Below are positions 28,330-37,681 of a DNA stretch of 64,000 nucleotides, one piece after another. Both the position numbers and the translations under genes were made by a program. This DNA is from Armatimonadota bacterium (GTDB lineage Bacteria; Armatimonadota; UBA5829; DSUL01). The notes under the pieces were generated by a model that was given only the letters and a program-made list of their open reading frames with translations, searched no databases and was not told the DNA's origin. Position 1 is the first letter of the stretch. Every line of letters starts with the position of its first letter. The stretch covers positions 704,001 through 768,000 of the forward strand of contig JBDHZC010000001.1 in assembly GCA_039811685.1 (NCBI GenBank), in the 5' to 3' direction.

Positions 28330-30216
28330 CTAAATCGGTGGTGGTGGTGGTGTATCGCCGCCACCGCCGCCACCAGATCCGCCGCCTGAGCCCCCTCCAG
28401 GAGGTGGTGGCGGCTCTTCCTTGGTGCGGAACTGACTTACTTCGCTATACACGTAGCGCAGCCCGCTGAGCGCGTCCGGCACCGGCCCCGGAACGTCCAG
28501 ACTGTTCACCGCTCCAACCCGCCAGTACAGAGGGGTGCCAGAGGTGATTCCGGAGAAGAAAGACGCTATATTCTGATTTCCAAGCGTCACCTGTGTCCCT
28601 GCTGCCGATGGAGAAGACGTCACAGCTGAGCTTCGGAACCGCACATTGGAAAACGCCGGGTTCGTGGACACTTCCACGATATATCTGTCCGCGCCAGCAA
28701 CGGCGTTCCAGGCAAACGTCACGTTCTGAAGGTCGATGTCTTGAGCGTTAAACGTCGGAGTCAACATATTGGCGCGCGTGATCTGCTCAAGTGGGGTTGA
28801 GCGGCCAACGAACTGCTGGGTCGTCTCCTGATACTTGTAGGTGGACGACGTGCCTCCTGTACCACCGCCGGTACCTGAGTCGCTGCCCCCGCCGAGCCCC
28901 GTGAGAATCTTGTAGACTCCGCTAATGTAATAGTTGTAGGTTCTGCCCGGAGTAATTCCCGGATTGGTCGCAGAGACCTCATCCGGCGCGCTGGAGGTGT
29001 CATTCGGATCAACGCGAAGGAACGTGACCGGAAGAGTGGTTCCAACTGGCAAATCCGGATCGTTGACCATCGAGATATTCGGGTCCACACCGAAAACGGG
29101 CGTCGGAAGATCGTCACGCCAGATCTTGTACTGGATCAGTCCAGTCCTGGCAAAGCGCGACGGATCAAGCGTAACCCTGACCGCTGGAGAGCTCATAGCG
29201 GACGTGGCTTCCGCGCGCAGGCCGGTGGCGGCGCCTCCCGGCCCGACGGATTCACTGCTCTTGCTCTGAGAGGCGAGCAGCGCGAGAATTCCCAGCCCTA
29301 GCAGCAGTCCGGCAACCCGGCCCGTACCGCGCTTCTTGCCTCCGCCAACGACCCCACCGGAAACTGTGGAAGGAGACTCTCCAAAGCCTCCCGTCGCCAC
29401 ATCGGGCAGCTTGAAAATGGCGCGAGCCTTATCCTGAGGATGCACTCCCCTGGTTGACCCAGGTAAAACATTAGCGGTGGCGTCGTTGTTGGAGACCTCA
29501 AGAATCCGAATGCGGCCGACTGTCTCGCCGTCTCGGGAAACCAGCATCTCCATCCCGCGCCGGATGCCGTCTTGAGCGCCCTTGTTGAGAAGGACCCTGT
29601 CGTCGCCAATCGAGTTCAGAACAGTCGCCTCAGGAATGATGTAGCTGAGCATCGTGTTGACGCCCACATAAGCGGCGTTGTTAATCGCCTGCGTCAGGAG
29701 CACATCATCGTCACCAGTAAAGTTGGGCACAGGCGTGGACTGTCCGCGGGCGATGGCGCCGTTCATGGCTTCACCGGTCTCCGCGTCCAGCATCCTGACC
29801 TCCATCTCCACCTTTGCCTGGCGCGGATTGTTGGTGAACTCCACTGATCGCAGAGTGCCGGTGATGACGGAGCTAACCCCGAGCTCCTTGGCCAGGCGAA
29901 CAATGGAAGTCACATTCAGTGGCGGCTGGAGATCCAGGTTGTTCATTGCATCAGCAATCTGACGCCGGCTGGCCACTGTGAACTTGTCAGACTTTGCAAG
30001 TTCTACCGCCACGGCGTCTGTCGCCAGACGCGCAGGCATCTGTCCACCGGATCTGCTGGCATTCGCAAAATCGAGCACCGCTACGTAATCCGCTCCCTGG
30101 ACCTGGGCAAGCACGACAGATGTGCCCAGCGCCGTCAGCAGATGCGGCACCAGCATGATAACGGTGAGCATCTTCGCTATAAATCGAACTGTCTTACGCT
30201 TTCTCGCCTTGATCAA
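28330..30216 (-). CDS. CsgG/HfaB-like protein with FlgT-C-like barrel, internal hydrophobic helix, FN3-like region and Gly/Pro tail
   Basis: VAVLDFAN...KFTVASRRQI...LAKELGVSSVITG...VRMLDAETGE; VLLNKGAQDGIRRG; FAWNAVAGADRYIVEVS...LYWRVGA; strong RBS before TTG. Confidence 0.7.
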   Translation of the reverse strand: MIKARKRKTVRFIAKMLTVIMLVPHLLTALGTSVVLAQVQGADYVAVLDFANASRSGGQMPARLATDAVAVELAKSDKFTVASRRQIADAMNNLDLQPPLNVTSIVRLAKELGVSSVITGTLRSVEFTNNPRQAKVEMEVRMLDAETGEAMNGAIARGQSTPVPNFTGDDDVLLTQAINNAAYVGVNTMLSYIIPEATVLNSIGDDRVLLNKGAQDGIRRGMEMLVSRDGETVGRIRILEVSNNDATANVLPGSTRGVHPQDKARAIFKLPDVATGGFGESPSTVSGGVVGGGKKRGTGRVAGLLLGLGILALLASQSKSSESVGPGGAATGLRAEATSAMSSPAVRVTLDPSRFARTGLIQYKIWRDDLPTPVFGVDPNISMVNDPDLPVGTTLPVTFLRVDPNDTSSAPDEVSATNPGITPGRTYNYYISGVYKILTGLGGGSDSGTGGGTGGTSSTYKYQETTQQFVGRSTPLEQITRANMLTPTFNAQDIDLQNVTFAWNAVAGADRYIVEVSTNPAFSNVRFRSSAVTSSPSAAGTQVTLGNQNIASFFSGITSGTPLYWRVGAVNSLDVPGPVPDALSGLRYVYSEVSQFRTKEEPPPPPGGGSGGGSGGGGGGDTPPPPPI

Positions 30217-30611
30217 AAGACGCCTTTCCTCCCCGCGCTAATCTTAGTTTCAGTTTACTGAATGCGATCGCGACTCGAGATAATAGCCGAACTCAGACAC
30301 GCCAGGCGATCTGGCCAGCCAGCCTCTGTGTGACAACACCGGTACAGACAAAAGTCTCCGCTCGCACATAGTCGAGGGGAGACGCGCCTGCCGATCTGTC
30401 CAGAGATATTATCACGTCCGAATTCACCAAGCAACAAATAACACTAATGCGCCACGCACCAGCGTAGCCGAACATCTGGACGGCCACAAAGGCTGAGTCC
30501 ACCCCAAAGAAGCTCGCTCCTTACCTGGAGTGCGACACGACGCCGTCAACTCTACGCGGGGCGCCCTCAGCAGTCCGCACACCGCTGCGTGGAACCTGCG
30601 TGGCCATCCCA

Positions 30612-31241
30612 TTACTTACGCGTCTGGAGTCCTCTGTCCTTCGCTGTCAGGCGCTCTGTCAAAAAAACCCACAACTTGTCAGTCTCCGCTGAGAGCTCAG
30701 CCAAACCTGCGCAGTTGTGAACGACAAAATCCGCTCGCACAGCCTTTTCATCCAGCGACATCTGCGCGGCGATCCGGCTCTGCGCTTCAACAGGGTCCAG
30801 ATACTTGTTCTGCAGACGACGCAACTGCAGATTTTGTTGCGTCCAGACAACAACCGTCAGGTCAAAGCTGTAGGACGACCCGGTTTCAAACAGCAGAGGT
30901 ATTTCGGCGACGTTGATAGTGCGGATTCCTGTGTCCTCAGCCAGCCAAGACTCGACTTCTGAGCGTACGAGCGGATGGACCAGGGCTTCGAGCCGTTTGC
31001 GCCGGGTCTCATCTGAGAAGACGACCTTAGCCAGAGCTGCCCGGTCTACTGCGCCATCTTGATCAAGCACAGCCTGCCCGAAAGCGCGGCACACAGCGTC
31101 CTTCAGGTCCAAAGACTCTGCAAGCAATCGGTGGACAATGCCGTCCGCAGACACGGTCCGCGCGCCGCGCTCAGCAAGCATCGCAAGCACAGTGGACTTT
31201 CCGCTGGCTATGCCGCCAGTCAGTCCGACAGATAAAGCCAT
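30612..31241 (-). CDS. coaE: Dephospho-CoA kinase
   Basis: VGLTGGIASGKST, LVHPLV, EIPLLFE, RIAAQM motifs. Confidence 0.95.
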   Translation of the reverse strand: MALSVGLTGGIASGKSTVLAMLAERGARTVSADGIVHRLLAESLDLKDAVCRAFGQAVLDQDGAVDRAALAKVVFSDETRRKRLEALVHPLVRSEVESWLAEDTGIRTINVAEIPLLFETGSSYSFDLTVVVWTQQNLQLRRLQNKYLDPVEAQSRIAAQMSLDEKAVRADFVVHNCAGLAELSAETDKLWVFLTERLTAKDRGLQTRK

Positions 31242-31305
31242 CTCAAAGCACTCTGTCTGCAAGTCACTTCACAGGCCCGCCGCGCTTGAAGGACGGGAAA
31301 GCCCG

Positions 31306-31342
31306 AAAAGAAAGAAACCCCCAGACGTTGTCCGGGGGCTTT
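31306..31342 (-). terminator. Intrinsic terminator after rpsA
   Basis: Minus strand CCCCCGGAC-aac-GTCTGGGGG followed by TTTCTTTCTTTT. Confidence 0.8.
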
Positions 31343-31380
31343 GGAGAAATCACATTTACAGGATGTGAACGCAGCCAGAA

Positions 31381-33135
31381 TCAGGCCTGCTCACTCTCAT
31401 CAGTGCCGAGAGACTCCTCCGATGGCTCATCTGAGCTTTGCGCAACGGGTTCCGGTTCGGACGGCTCCGGCGCAGCATCTTCGGCCTCCTCACTGCTGGC
31501 GGCCTGGACATCAGCTTCCGCTTCTTCGTGATCCGGCTCCTCCTCCACAGCGGGAGTCACCGCCAGATCCAGCAGCTCTTCGTCTGAGAGATCGCCATAA
31601 GCCTCTTCCTCGGCGCGCTCCGCCGCTCGGGCCTTCTCTTTACGGCGCTTGCCCTTTCCTTTGCCTTCAAGCTCGCGCTCAAACTCAAGGCGCTTCTCCG
31701 CAAACCCTTCACCAAGCATATCGGCAATGGTCGTGCGTGGAGCCTCCCGGCCACCTCCACCACCGCCACCGCCGGAGTAACTGGGCTGTGGTATGTGCAT
31801 CGGCTCTTCGCCCCGATCCTGCATTAGAGCTCGCATCGAAAGCGTCATTCGGCGCTCTTCTGGCCGGACATCCAGCACTTTGGCTTCTACGTCATCTCCA
31901 ACAGAGACAACCTGCTCCGGCTTCTTAACACGCCGGTGTGAGAGCTCGGAGTTCGGGACAATGGCTTCGACGCCCTCTTCAAGTTGGACGAACGCCCCAA
32001 AGGGTACTAACCGCGTGACCTTGCCGTTGACAACGTCCCCAATATGGAATCGCTCCCCGACGCCCTGCCACGGATCCGGCAGAATCTGGCGCATACCCAG
32101 AGAGACGCGACCAGACTCAAGATTCATCTTGAGCACCATCACCTGGATTTTCTGTCCAACCTTGGCAGCCTCACTCGGATGGTTGATCCGGGTCCAGGAC
32201 ATCTCACTGATGTGCAGCAGGCCGTCAATTCCGCCAAGGTCGACAAAGGCGCCGTAGTCGGTGATGCGTCGCACCACGCCAGTGCGAATTTGCCCCTCGG
32301 CCAGCGTTTCGAGCGTCTCTGAGCGCTTCTTCTCCCGCTCCTCCTCAATGGCGTTGCGGTGAGAAAGCACCACTTTGCGTCGCTCCCGGTCCACTTCAAT
32401 GACTTTCAGAGGCAAAGACTGACCGATGAACTTGTCCAGGTTCTGGACTTTTCCGCTGCCCACATGGGAGGCTGGAACGAAACCGCGTATGCCAAGGTCT
32501 ACGACCAGACCGCCCTTGACGCGGTCGCTAACCATAGCGGTAAGCACCTTGCCCGACTTGCTGGCCTCTTCAACCCGCTCCCACGCAACTTCGAAGTCGG
32601 CGCGCTTCTTGGAGAGAAGGAGTTGTCCGTCCTGGCTTTCAGTCTCCAGCACGTAGACTTTAATGCGTTCGCCAACGGAGACTACGTCTTCGGGGTTCTG
32701 GAAGGGATCACGCGTGAGTTCATTCATCCGGATGACGCCTTCGGACTTCATCCCGACGTCAACCAGAACTCCCTCGCGGTCGATGTGAACGACTATTCCC
32801 TCGACCACATCGTGCTCGCGCAAAGCCTGAAACGTCCCCGAGTAGTCCACCCGCCTCTTCTCGACCGGCATCTCTCTGAGAGCCTCTTCGAAGGCGTCTG
32901 CGTCAGACATTGTCACATCGGGCTCCTCACTGGACCCAGTCTGCACGCGATTATTGTCCTCTCCAGTTGACACATCGCCCGACGCAGAGGTGTCCGCCGC
33001 CTGCACGGCAGCGTCCACGTCATCCGGTGGCTCCGGACCCCCGCCACCACCGGCCACGTCGCCCGCTTCCTGGTCTGTCACGGCAGAAAATCCAAGCCGC
33101 AACATCCTCAGCGGGTCGGCCTTGTCCTGGAACAT
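31381..33135 (-). CDS. rpsA: 30S ribosomal protein S1 (four S1 domains, with long acidic N- and C-terminal extensions)
   Basis: VDVGMKSEG, VKGGLVVDLGIRGFVPAS, DYGAFVDLGGIDGLLHISE, PFGAFVQL motifs; AAGGAG RBS before ATG 33135. Confidence 0.93.
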   Translation of the reverse strand: MFQDKADPLRMLRLGFSAVTDQEAGDVAGGGGGPEPPDDVDAAVQAADTSASGDVSTGEDNNRVQTGSSEEPDVTMSDADAFEEALREMPVEKRRVDYSGTFQALREHDVVEGIVVHIDREGVLVDVGMKSEGVIRMNELTRDPFQNPEDVVSVGERIKVYVLETESQDGQLLLSKKRADFEVAWERVEEASKSGKVLTAMVSDRVKGGLVVDLGIRGFVPASHVGSGKVQNLDKFIGQSLPLKVIEVDRERRKVVLSHRNAIEEEREKKRSETLETLAEGQIRTGVVRRITDYGAFVDLGGIDGLLHISEMSWTRINHPSEAAKVGQKIQVMVLKMNLESGRVSLGMRQILPDPWQGVGERFHIGDVVNGKVTRLVPFGAFVQLEEGVEAIVPNSELSHRRVKKPEQVVSVGDDVEAKVLDVRPEERRMTLSMRALMQDRGEEPMHIPQPSYSGGGGGGGGREAPRTTIADMLGEGFAEKRLEFERELEGKGKGKRRKEKARAAERAEEEAYGDLSDEELLDLAVTPAVEEEPDHEEAEADVQAASSEEAEDAAPEPSEPEPVAQSSDEPSEESLGTDESEQA

Positions 33136-33309
33136 AACGTACTCCTTCTCCGCAAAAGGCAGCCGGCATAACGATTGCCGACATCCTGAAGGCCTTCTGC
33201 AATGCAATGTCGATTTGTTGGGCGCATCCGCACCCTGTAAGTTGCCCCACTCCTGTTGAGGAGCCGCCGCGACTGCAGCGCATCAACCTACTGAAGAGCA
33301 GGACTAATT

Positions 33310-33338
33310 ATTCTAGCAGACGTTGCTTTGTTCTACAA
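33310..33338 (-). promoter_or_regulatory. Sigma-70-type promoter for rpsA
   Basis: TTGTAG-17 bp-TAGAAT with extended -10 TG. Confidence 0.55.
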
Positions 33339-33425
33339 CAGCCCAAGCATTCCTCTGTCATAGAAAAAACAGCCTACGATTCTGTTTTAATAGCGCTGTC
33401 AGGCATATTCGCGCAACTGCGAAAT

Positions 33426-36092
33426 TCACGAACAGAGCTGCATGTCCCGCCAGTTCAACCCACACTTGACGTCGGCGACAAGCGGAACAGCCAGATGGCA
33501 GACGCATTCCATCTCCCGCTTGACAACGGGGACGATTTCGCTGATCGCGTCTTTGTCAGCGTCAAACACAAGCTCATCGTGCACCTGCAGCACCATGGTC
33601 GCCTTCGCGTCTCTGAAGAGCTTGTCCAGGCTGATCATCGCGAGCTTGATTATATCTGCCGCTGTCCCCTGCAGGGGGGCGTTGAAGGCCGCCCGCTCCG
33701 CGTTGGCGCGCACATTGCGATCGCCGGCGTGAAGTTCCGGAAACCAGCGCTTTCGTCCAAAAAGCGTGGAGACGTAGCCTTCCACTCGCGCCCGCTCCAG
33801 CACTCGCTCGTTGAACTCCTTGACTCGGGGATACTGCGCAAAATACTTCTCAATATAGGACTGAGCTTCGGAGACGCTGATGCCCAATTCTCTGGAAAGG
33901 CCAAAGTTGCTCTTGCCGTAGATAACGCTGAAATTGATCGTCTTTGCCCGCCGGCGCATCTCCGGGCTTACGTCGGCAGCAACCACACCAAACAAAGCGC
34001 AAGCGGTGCGAACGTGAATATCTTCACCCGCAGTGTAGCAGCGAATGAGCTCCTCGTCTCCAGACATATGCGCCAGCAGGCGCAGTTCAATCTGTGAATA
34101 GTCAGCAGAGATCAGCTCGCAGCCCGGTGCGGCCACAAACGAAGCCCGAATCTTCCTTCCAAGCTCTGAGCGAACAGGGATATTCTGCAGATTGGGATCA
34201 CTCGACGACAAACGCCCTGTCGCCGCTCCCGTCTGGTTGAGGCTTGTGTGAATTCTGCCGGTGGTCTTGTCCACCAGATTGGGCAGCGCATCGGCGTAGG
34301 CGCCCTTCAGCTTGGTCAATTCGCGCCACTGCAGTACCCTGGCAGCAATCTCGAAGTCGCCAGCCAGGGACTCCAGTGTCTGAGCGTCAGTGGAATATCC
34401 GGTCTTGGTGCGTTTTCCGGAGGGAAGCTGCAGCTTCTCGAAAAGAACAGAACCAAGCTGTCTCGGCGATCCGATGCTGAACTCAGTTCCAGCCAGTTCA
34501 TAGATATCTCTTTCGAGAGAAGCGATCTCAGAGGCCATCTCCTGAGACAAAGCCCGGAGTCCATCGGAGTCAATCCCAACGCCCACTTGTTGCATTCGCG
34601 CCAGAACAGGGCTGAGCGGCAGTTCGATATCCGCATACACTTTCTGGAGGCTCTCAGAGTCAATACGATCTCGCAGAACTTTACGGAGCAACCGGACCAG
34701 AGCCGCCTTGCGCGCCGAGCGGCTCAGGGCATCGTCTTCGGGCAACTCCAGTCCGAGATGCTGCATGGCCAGCCATTCCAGATCGTAGCTGCCCCGGCCG
34801 GGTTGCAGCAGAAAGCCGGCCAGCATCGTATCATCCTGACAAGCTGCCAGATTGACACCGCACGTGGCGAGCAGGAGTTGCGCTCTCTTAGCGTCGTGTG
34901 TGGCTTTGGGGCGCTCGAGTGAGGCGAACAGATCAGAGAACTGTTGAGGCTGGACGGAAAAGCTCCCGTCAAGTGCGTCACCCAGGCTGGACTGCGCACG
35001 GCTTTCAGAGCGCACAGCCACCGCCCAGCAGGCCGAATCCGTCGCAAAAGAAAAAGAGACAGGGCGGAAATCAGAGTCCGCATCGATCCAGAAAGAGACG
35101 ACCTCTTCACCCTCGATCGCCAGAAGCATTTTGCGCAGGTCCGGCTCAGAGGGGATGAGGTGGACGGGCGGAAGGCTCTGCGACTGGGCAACTCCAGTCG
35201 CCTCCGGAGGCGCAGACGCGCCCGGAAGACGCTTCAGCAGAGTCTCAAACTCCAGTGAGCGGAACAACTGTTCCGCTTCTCCGGGCATTCTGGAACTGGA
35301 TGGCAGTTCGCTGATGTCAACGTCCAGCGGCATATCCGTGATGATGGTCGCCAGCATTTTGGACATGGCCAGTTGATCCCTGGAGTTTTCCAGCGAGTCT
35401 TTTACCTTGCTGGGCGGCAGGTCATCCAACCTGGCAAGGAGCTCTTCCACGCTGCCGTACTGTTGCACCAGTCTGGAAGCTGTCTTGTCCCCGATCCCGG
35501 GGACGCCAGGGATATTATCGGACGCGTCGCCCTTCAGGGCCTTGTAGTCAACAAATTGCCGCGGGTGCAGACCATACCGCTCTTCAACAGCTTCCGGCGT
35601 ATAGACGGTGACGTCTGAGACACCTCTGGTGGTGGTAGCGACGCGTATGTGGTCCGAAACAAGCTGCAGCTCGTCGAGATCTCCCGTAACAATAAGGACT
35701 TCATAGCCAGTCTGCTCGGCGCGCGTTGCGCAGGTCCCGACAATATCGTCCGCTTCGTAACCCGGCTGCTCAAGCACGAGAGCGCCCAACGCTCGCGCCA
35801 GGTCTCGCGCAATGCCCACCTGAGAAATCAGCTCATCCGGCGTCTCTTTGCGAGTGCCCTTGTATTCCTCATACACCTCGTGCCGAAACGTTTTTGCTGG
35901 AGCATCGAAAGCGACAATGAATGCCTGAGGGCTGACCTGCCCTAACAGTCTCAGCAGCATCGTCGCGAAGCCGTACAGGGCGTTCGTGGGCTGCCCCTGT
36001 CGCGTGCTCAGGTACTTTACTGCGTAGAAAGCCCGGTATAGCAGGCTGTTGCCGTCGACAATCAGGCAGGTCTTTTCCTGGGGGGAACTCAA
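33426..36092 (-). CDS. polA: DNA polymerase I
   Basis: 5'-3' exonuclease (DGNSLLYRAF, EADD, GDASDNIPGV) and polymerase (ADYSQIELR, LQVHDEL) motifs. Confidence 0.98.
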   Translation of the reverse strand: MSSPQEKTCLIVDGNSLLYRAFYAVKYLSTRQGQPTNALYGFATMLLRLLGQVSPQAFIVAFDAPAKTFRHEVYEEYKGTRKETPDELISQVGIARDLARALGALVLEQPGYEADDIVGTCATRAEQTGYEVLIVTGDLDELQLVSDHIRVATTTRGVSDVTVYTPEAVEERYGLHPRQFVDYKALKGDASDNIPGVPGIGDKTASRLVQQYGSVEELLARLDDLPPSKVKDSLENSRDQLAMSKMLATIITDMPLDVDISELPSSSRMPGEAEQLFRSLEFETLLKRLPGASAPPEATGVAQSQSLPPVHLIPSEPDLRKMLLAIEGEEVVSFWIDADSDFRPVSFSFATDSACWAVAVRSESRAQSSLGDALDGSFSVQPQQFSDLFASLERPKATHDAKRAQLLLATCGVNLAACQDDTMLAGFLLQPGRGSYDLEWLAMQHLGLELPEDDALSRSARKAALVRLLRKVLRDRIDSESLQKVYADIELPLSPVLARMQQVGVGIDSDGLRALSQEMASEIASLERDIYELAGTEFSIGSPRQLGSVLFEKLQLPSGKRTKTGYSTDAQTLESLAGDFEIAARVLQWRELTKLKGAYADALPNLVDKTTGRIHTSLNQTGAATGRLSSSDPNLQNIPVRSELGRKIRASFVAAPGCELISADYSQIELRLLAHMSGDEELIRCYTAGEDIHVRTACALFGVVAADVSPEMRRRAKTINFSVIYGKSNFGLSRELGISVSEAQSYIEKYFAQYPRVKEFNERVLERARVEGYVSTLFGRKRWFPELHAGDRNVRANAERAAFNAPLQGTAADIIKLAMISLDKLFRDAKATMVLQVHDELVFDADKDAISEIVPVVKREMECVCHLAVPLVADVKCGLNWRDMQLCS

Positions 36093-37144
36093 CGGGTTCT
36101 CAAACTCTCCAACCCCACCTCCTCAGAGGCGCCCGGCATGTTGATGACGACCTTCGGCTGAATGTTGAACTTGCTCTCAGCAAGAGTCTCCCAGAAGCTG
36201 CGCTTTACTTTCCATAGAGGTGGCTCACCGCTGATGCCTGCGCGTTTGCCCGCCGCGCGGATTGCATCCTGAAACGTGCCAATCTGGTCCACCAGCCGGG
36301 CGGCTTTGGCCTGTCCGCCAGTCAGCACACGCCCGTCGGCGATCTTCATCAGCGCCGGCATGGTAAGCCCCTTGCTTTTTCGCGCTTCAAAGACATCGTT
36401 CACAAACTGATGGTAGATGTCGAGAATCATAGCTTTGGCCATCTTGTTCTCTTCCTCTGTGAGGGAGCGGTTGGGGCCAAACATATCTTTGTGGACGCCG
36501 CTTTTCACGACCTGCGGATTGAAACCGATCTTCTTGAACAAAGCGCTCATGTCTGTGCTTTGCATAATCACGCCGATACTTCCCGTGATGGTTCCGTTAT
36601 TGGCGTAGATCTCGTCGGCGGCTGAGGCGACGTAGTATCCGCCGGAGGCCGCCAGGTCGGCCATTGATACAACCACGGGCTTGCCCCCACGGCGTATCCG
36701 TATCACTTCCTGATAGATCTCCTGAGAAGCAGAAGCGCTGCCACCTGGTGAGTTTATCCGCAACACAATGGCCTTGACAGATTTGTCTGAATCCGCGGCT
36801 CGCAGGTCTCTTATAATGCCTTCCGACGAGGCAGATGACGCCGAAAGCAGCCCACCTTCCGGAGATGAGACAATCGCACCGGTCACATAGACAACCGCGA
36901 CTTTGTCCCCAAAAGGCTTGGTGGAACCGGACGAGACGAGCGCAGCGATCGCACTCCAGAAGAGAATGAAAACACCAATCAGGCCGAGACATCCACAGCC
37001 AAATATCCACGGCCAGGGACTCGATCTTCGAGCCTGCGCCACCGGCGCGGCTGGAGGAGGCATCACTCCACCTCCCGGTACTACCCCCGAAGGTGGTGGC
37101 GGGGCGGGAGACTGCGAAGAAGCTACATTCTGTTCGTCGTCCAT
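36089..37144 (-). CDS. sppA: Signal peptide peptidase SppA (36K type, S49)
   Basis: LRINSPGGS, AASGGYY, TGSIGVI, KSGVHKD, DGRVLTG motifs; Pro-rich N-terminus plus TM helix; stop overlaps the polA start. Confidence 0.93.
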   Translation of the reverse strand: MDDEQNVASSQSPAPPPPSGVVPGGGVMPPPAAPVAQARRSSPWPWIFGCGCLGLIGVFILFWSAIAALVSSGSTKPFGDKVAVVYVTGAIVSSPEGGLLSASSASSEGIIRDLRAADSDKSVKAIVLRINSPGGSASASQEIYQEVIRIRRGGKPVVVSMADLAASGGYYVASAADEIYANNGTITGSIGVIMQSTDMSALFKKIGFNPQVVKSGVHKDMFGPNRSLTEEENKMAKAMILDIYHQFVNDVFEARKSKGLTMPALMKIADGRVLTGGQAKAARLVDQIGTFQDAIRAAGKRAGISGEPPLWKVKRSFWETLAESKFNIQPKVVINMPGASEEVGLESLRTR

Positions 37145-37352
37145 TTTTTCTCCAGAGCCACCACGCGCTTCAACAAAGCATCGCGACGCACGCGAGTGGA
37201 ATCTTTCGCAGTTGGCTCCAGAGAATGATACAAGACAACAGGTCCAGGCGTCCTGCGTCATTTTGAACGCGCAGCTCAGGAATGACACGATGGGGTGCGT
37301 AAGTATCTGGTCGTGCGCAGAGGAAGCGGCGCGAAGCTAGCGCCAAATGCAA

Positions 37353-37433
37353 TGCCGAAGGCGGGAGTCGAACCCGCACGGGTTGCCCCAACGGTTTTTG
37401 AGACCGCCGCGTCTGCCATTCCGCCACTTCGGC
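37353..37433 (-). tRNA. tRNA-Leu(CAA)
   Basis: GCCGAAG/CTTCGGC acceptor stem, anticodon loop CTCAAAA, long variable arm, GGTTCGACTCC T arm; CCA not encoded. Confidence 0.95.
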
Positions 37434-37470
37434 CTGAAACGAGCGAATGAGAGGAGAATCCGTCCGCCGG

Positions 37471-37500
37471 ATTATACGGACGCGGCCTCGCGCGTGTCAA
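37471..37500 (-). promoter_or_regulatory. Consensus sigma-70 promoter for tRNA-Leu (possibly also sppA-polA)
   Basis: TTGACA-18 bp-TATAAT. Confidence 0.8.
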
Positions 37501-37602
37501 GCGCCGGCACGTCTAACCTCGCCTATTCGGCCGGCACTCAGCGAAAGGATTCGAGAAGCGGGCGTCCATACCCAGCAAATATACCTAATCTGTGGGCTTT
37601 CG

Positions 37603-37631
37603 TTGACACCGCCTGGACCTGGCCGTATCAT
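37603..37631 (+). promoter_or_regulatory. Sigma-70 promoter for the HYR/cohesin/dockerin gene
   Basis: TTGACA-17 bp-TATCAT, 50 nt before ATG 37682. Confidence 0.7.
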
Positions 37632-37681
37632 GGTAGAGACTGATTACTGTACTGCCTATTCCTTGCCACCCGGAGCTATAC

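Noticed and set aside
37145..37433. Genomic island integrated at tRNA-Leu (or at tRNA-Ala, 54172-54244)
   Set aside because: No integrase and no duplicated tRNA 3' end seen; genes downstream are housekeeping or metabolic
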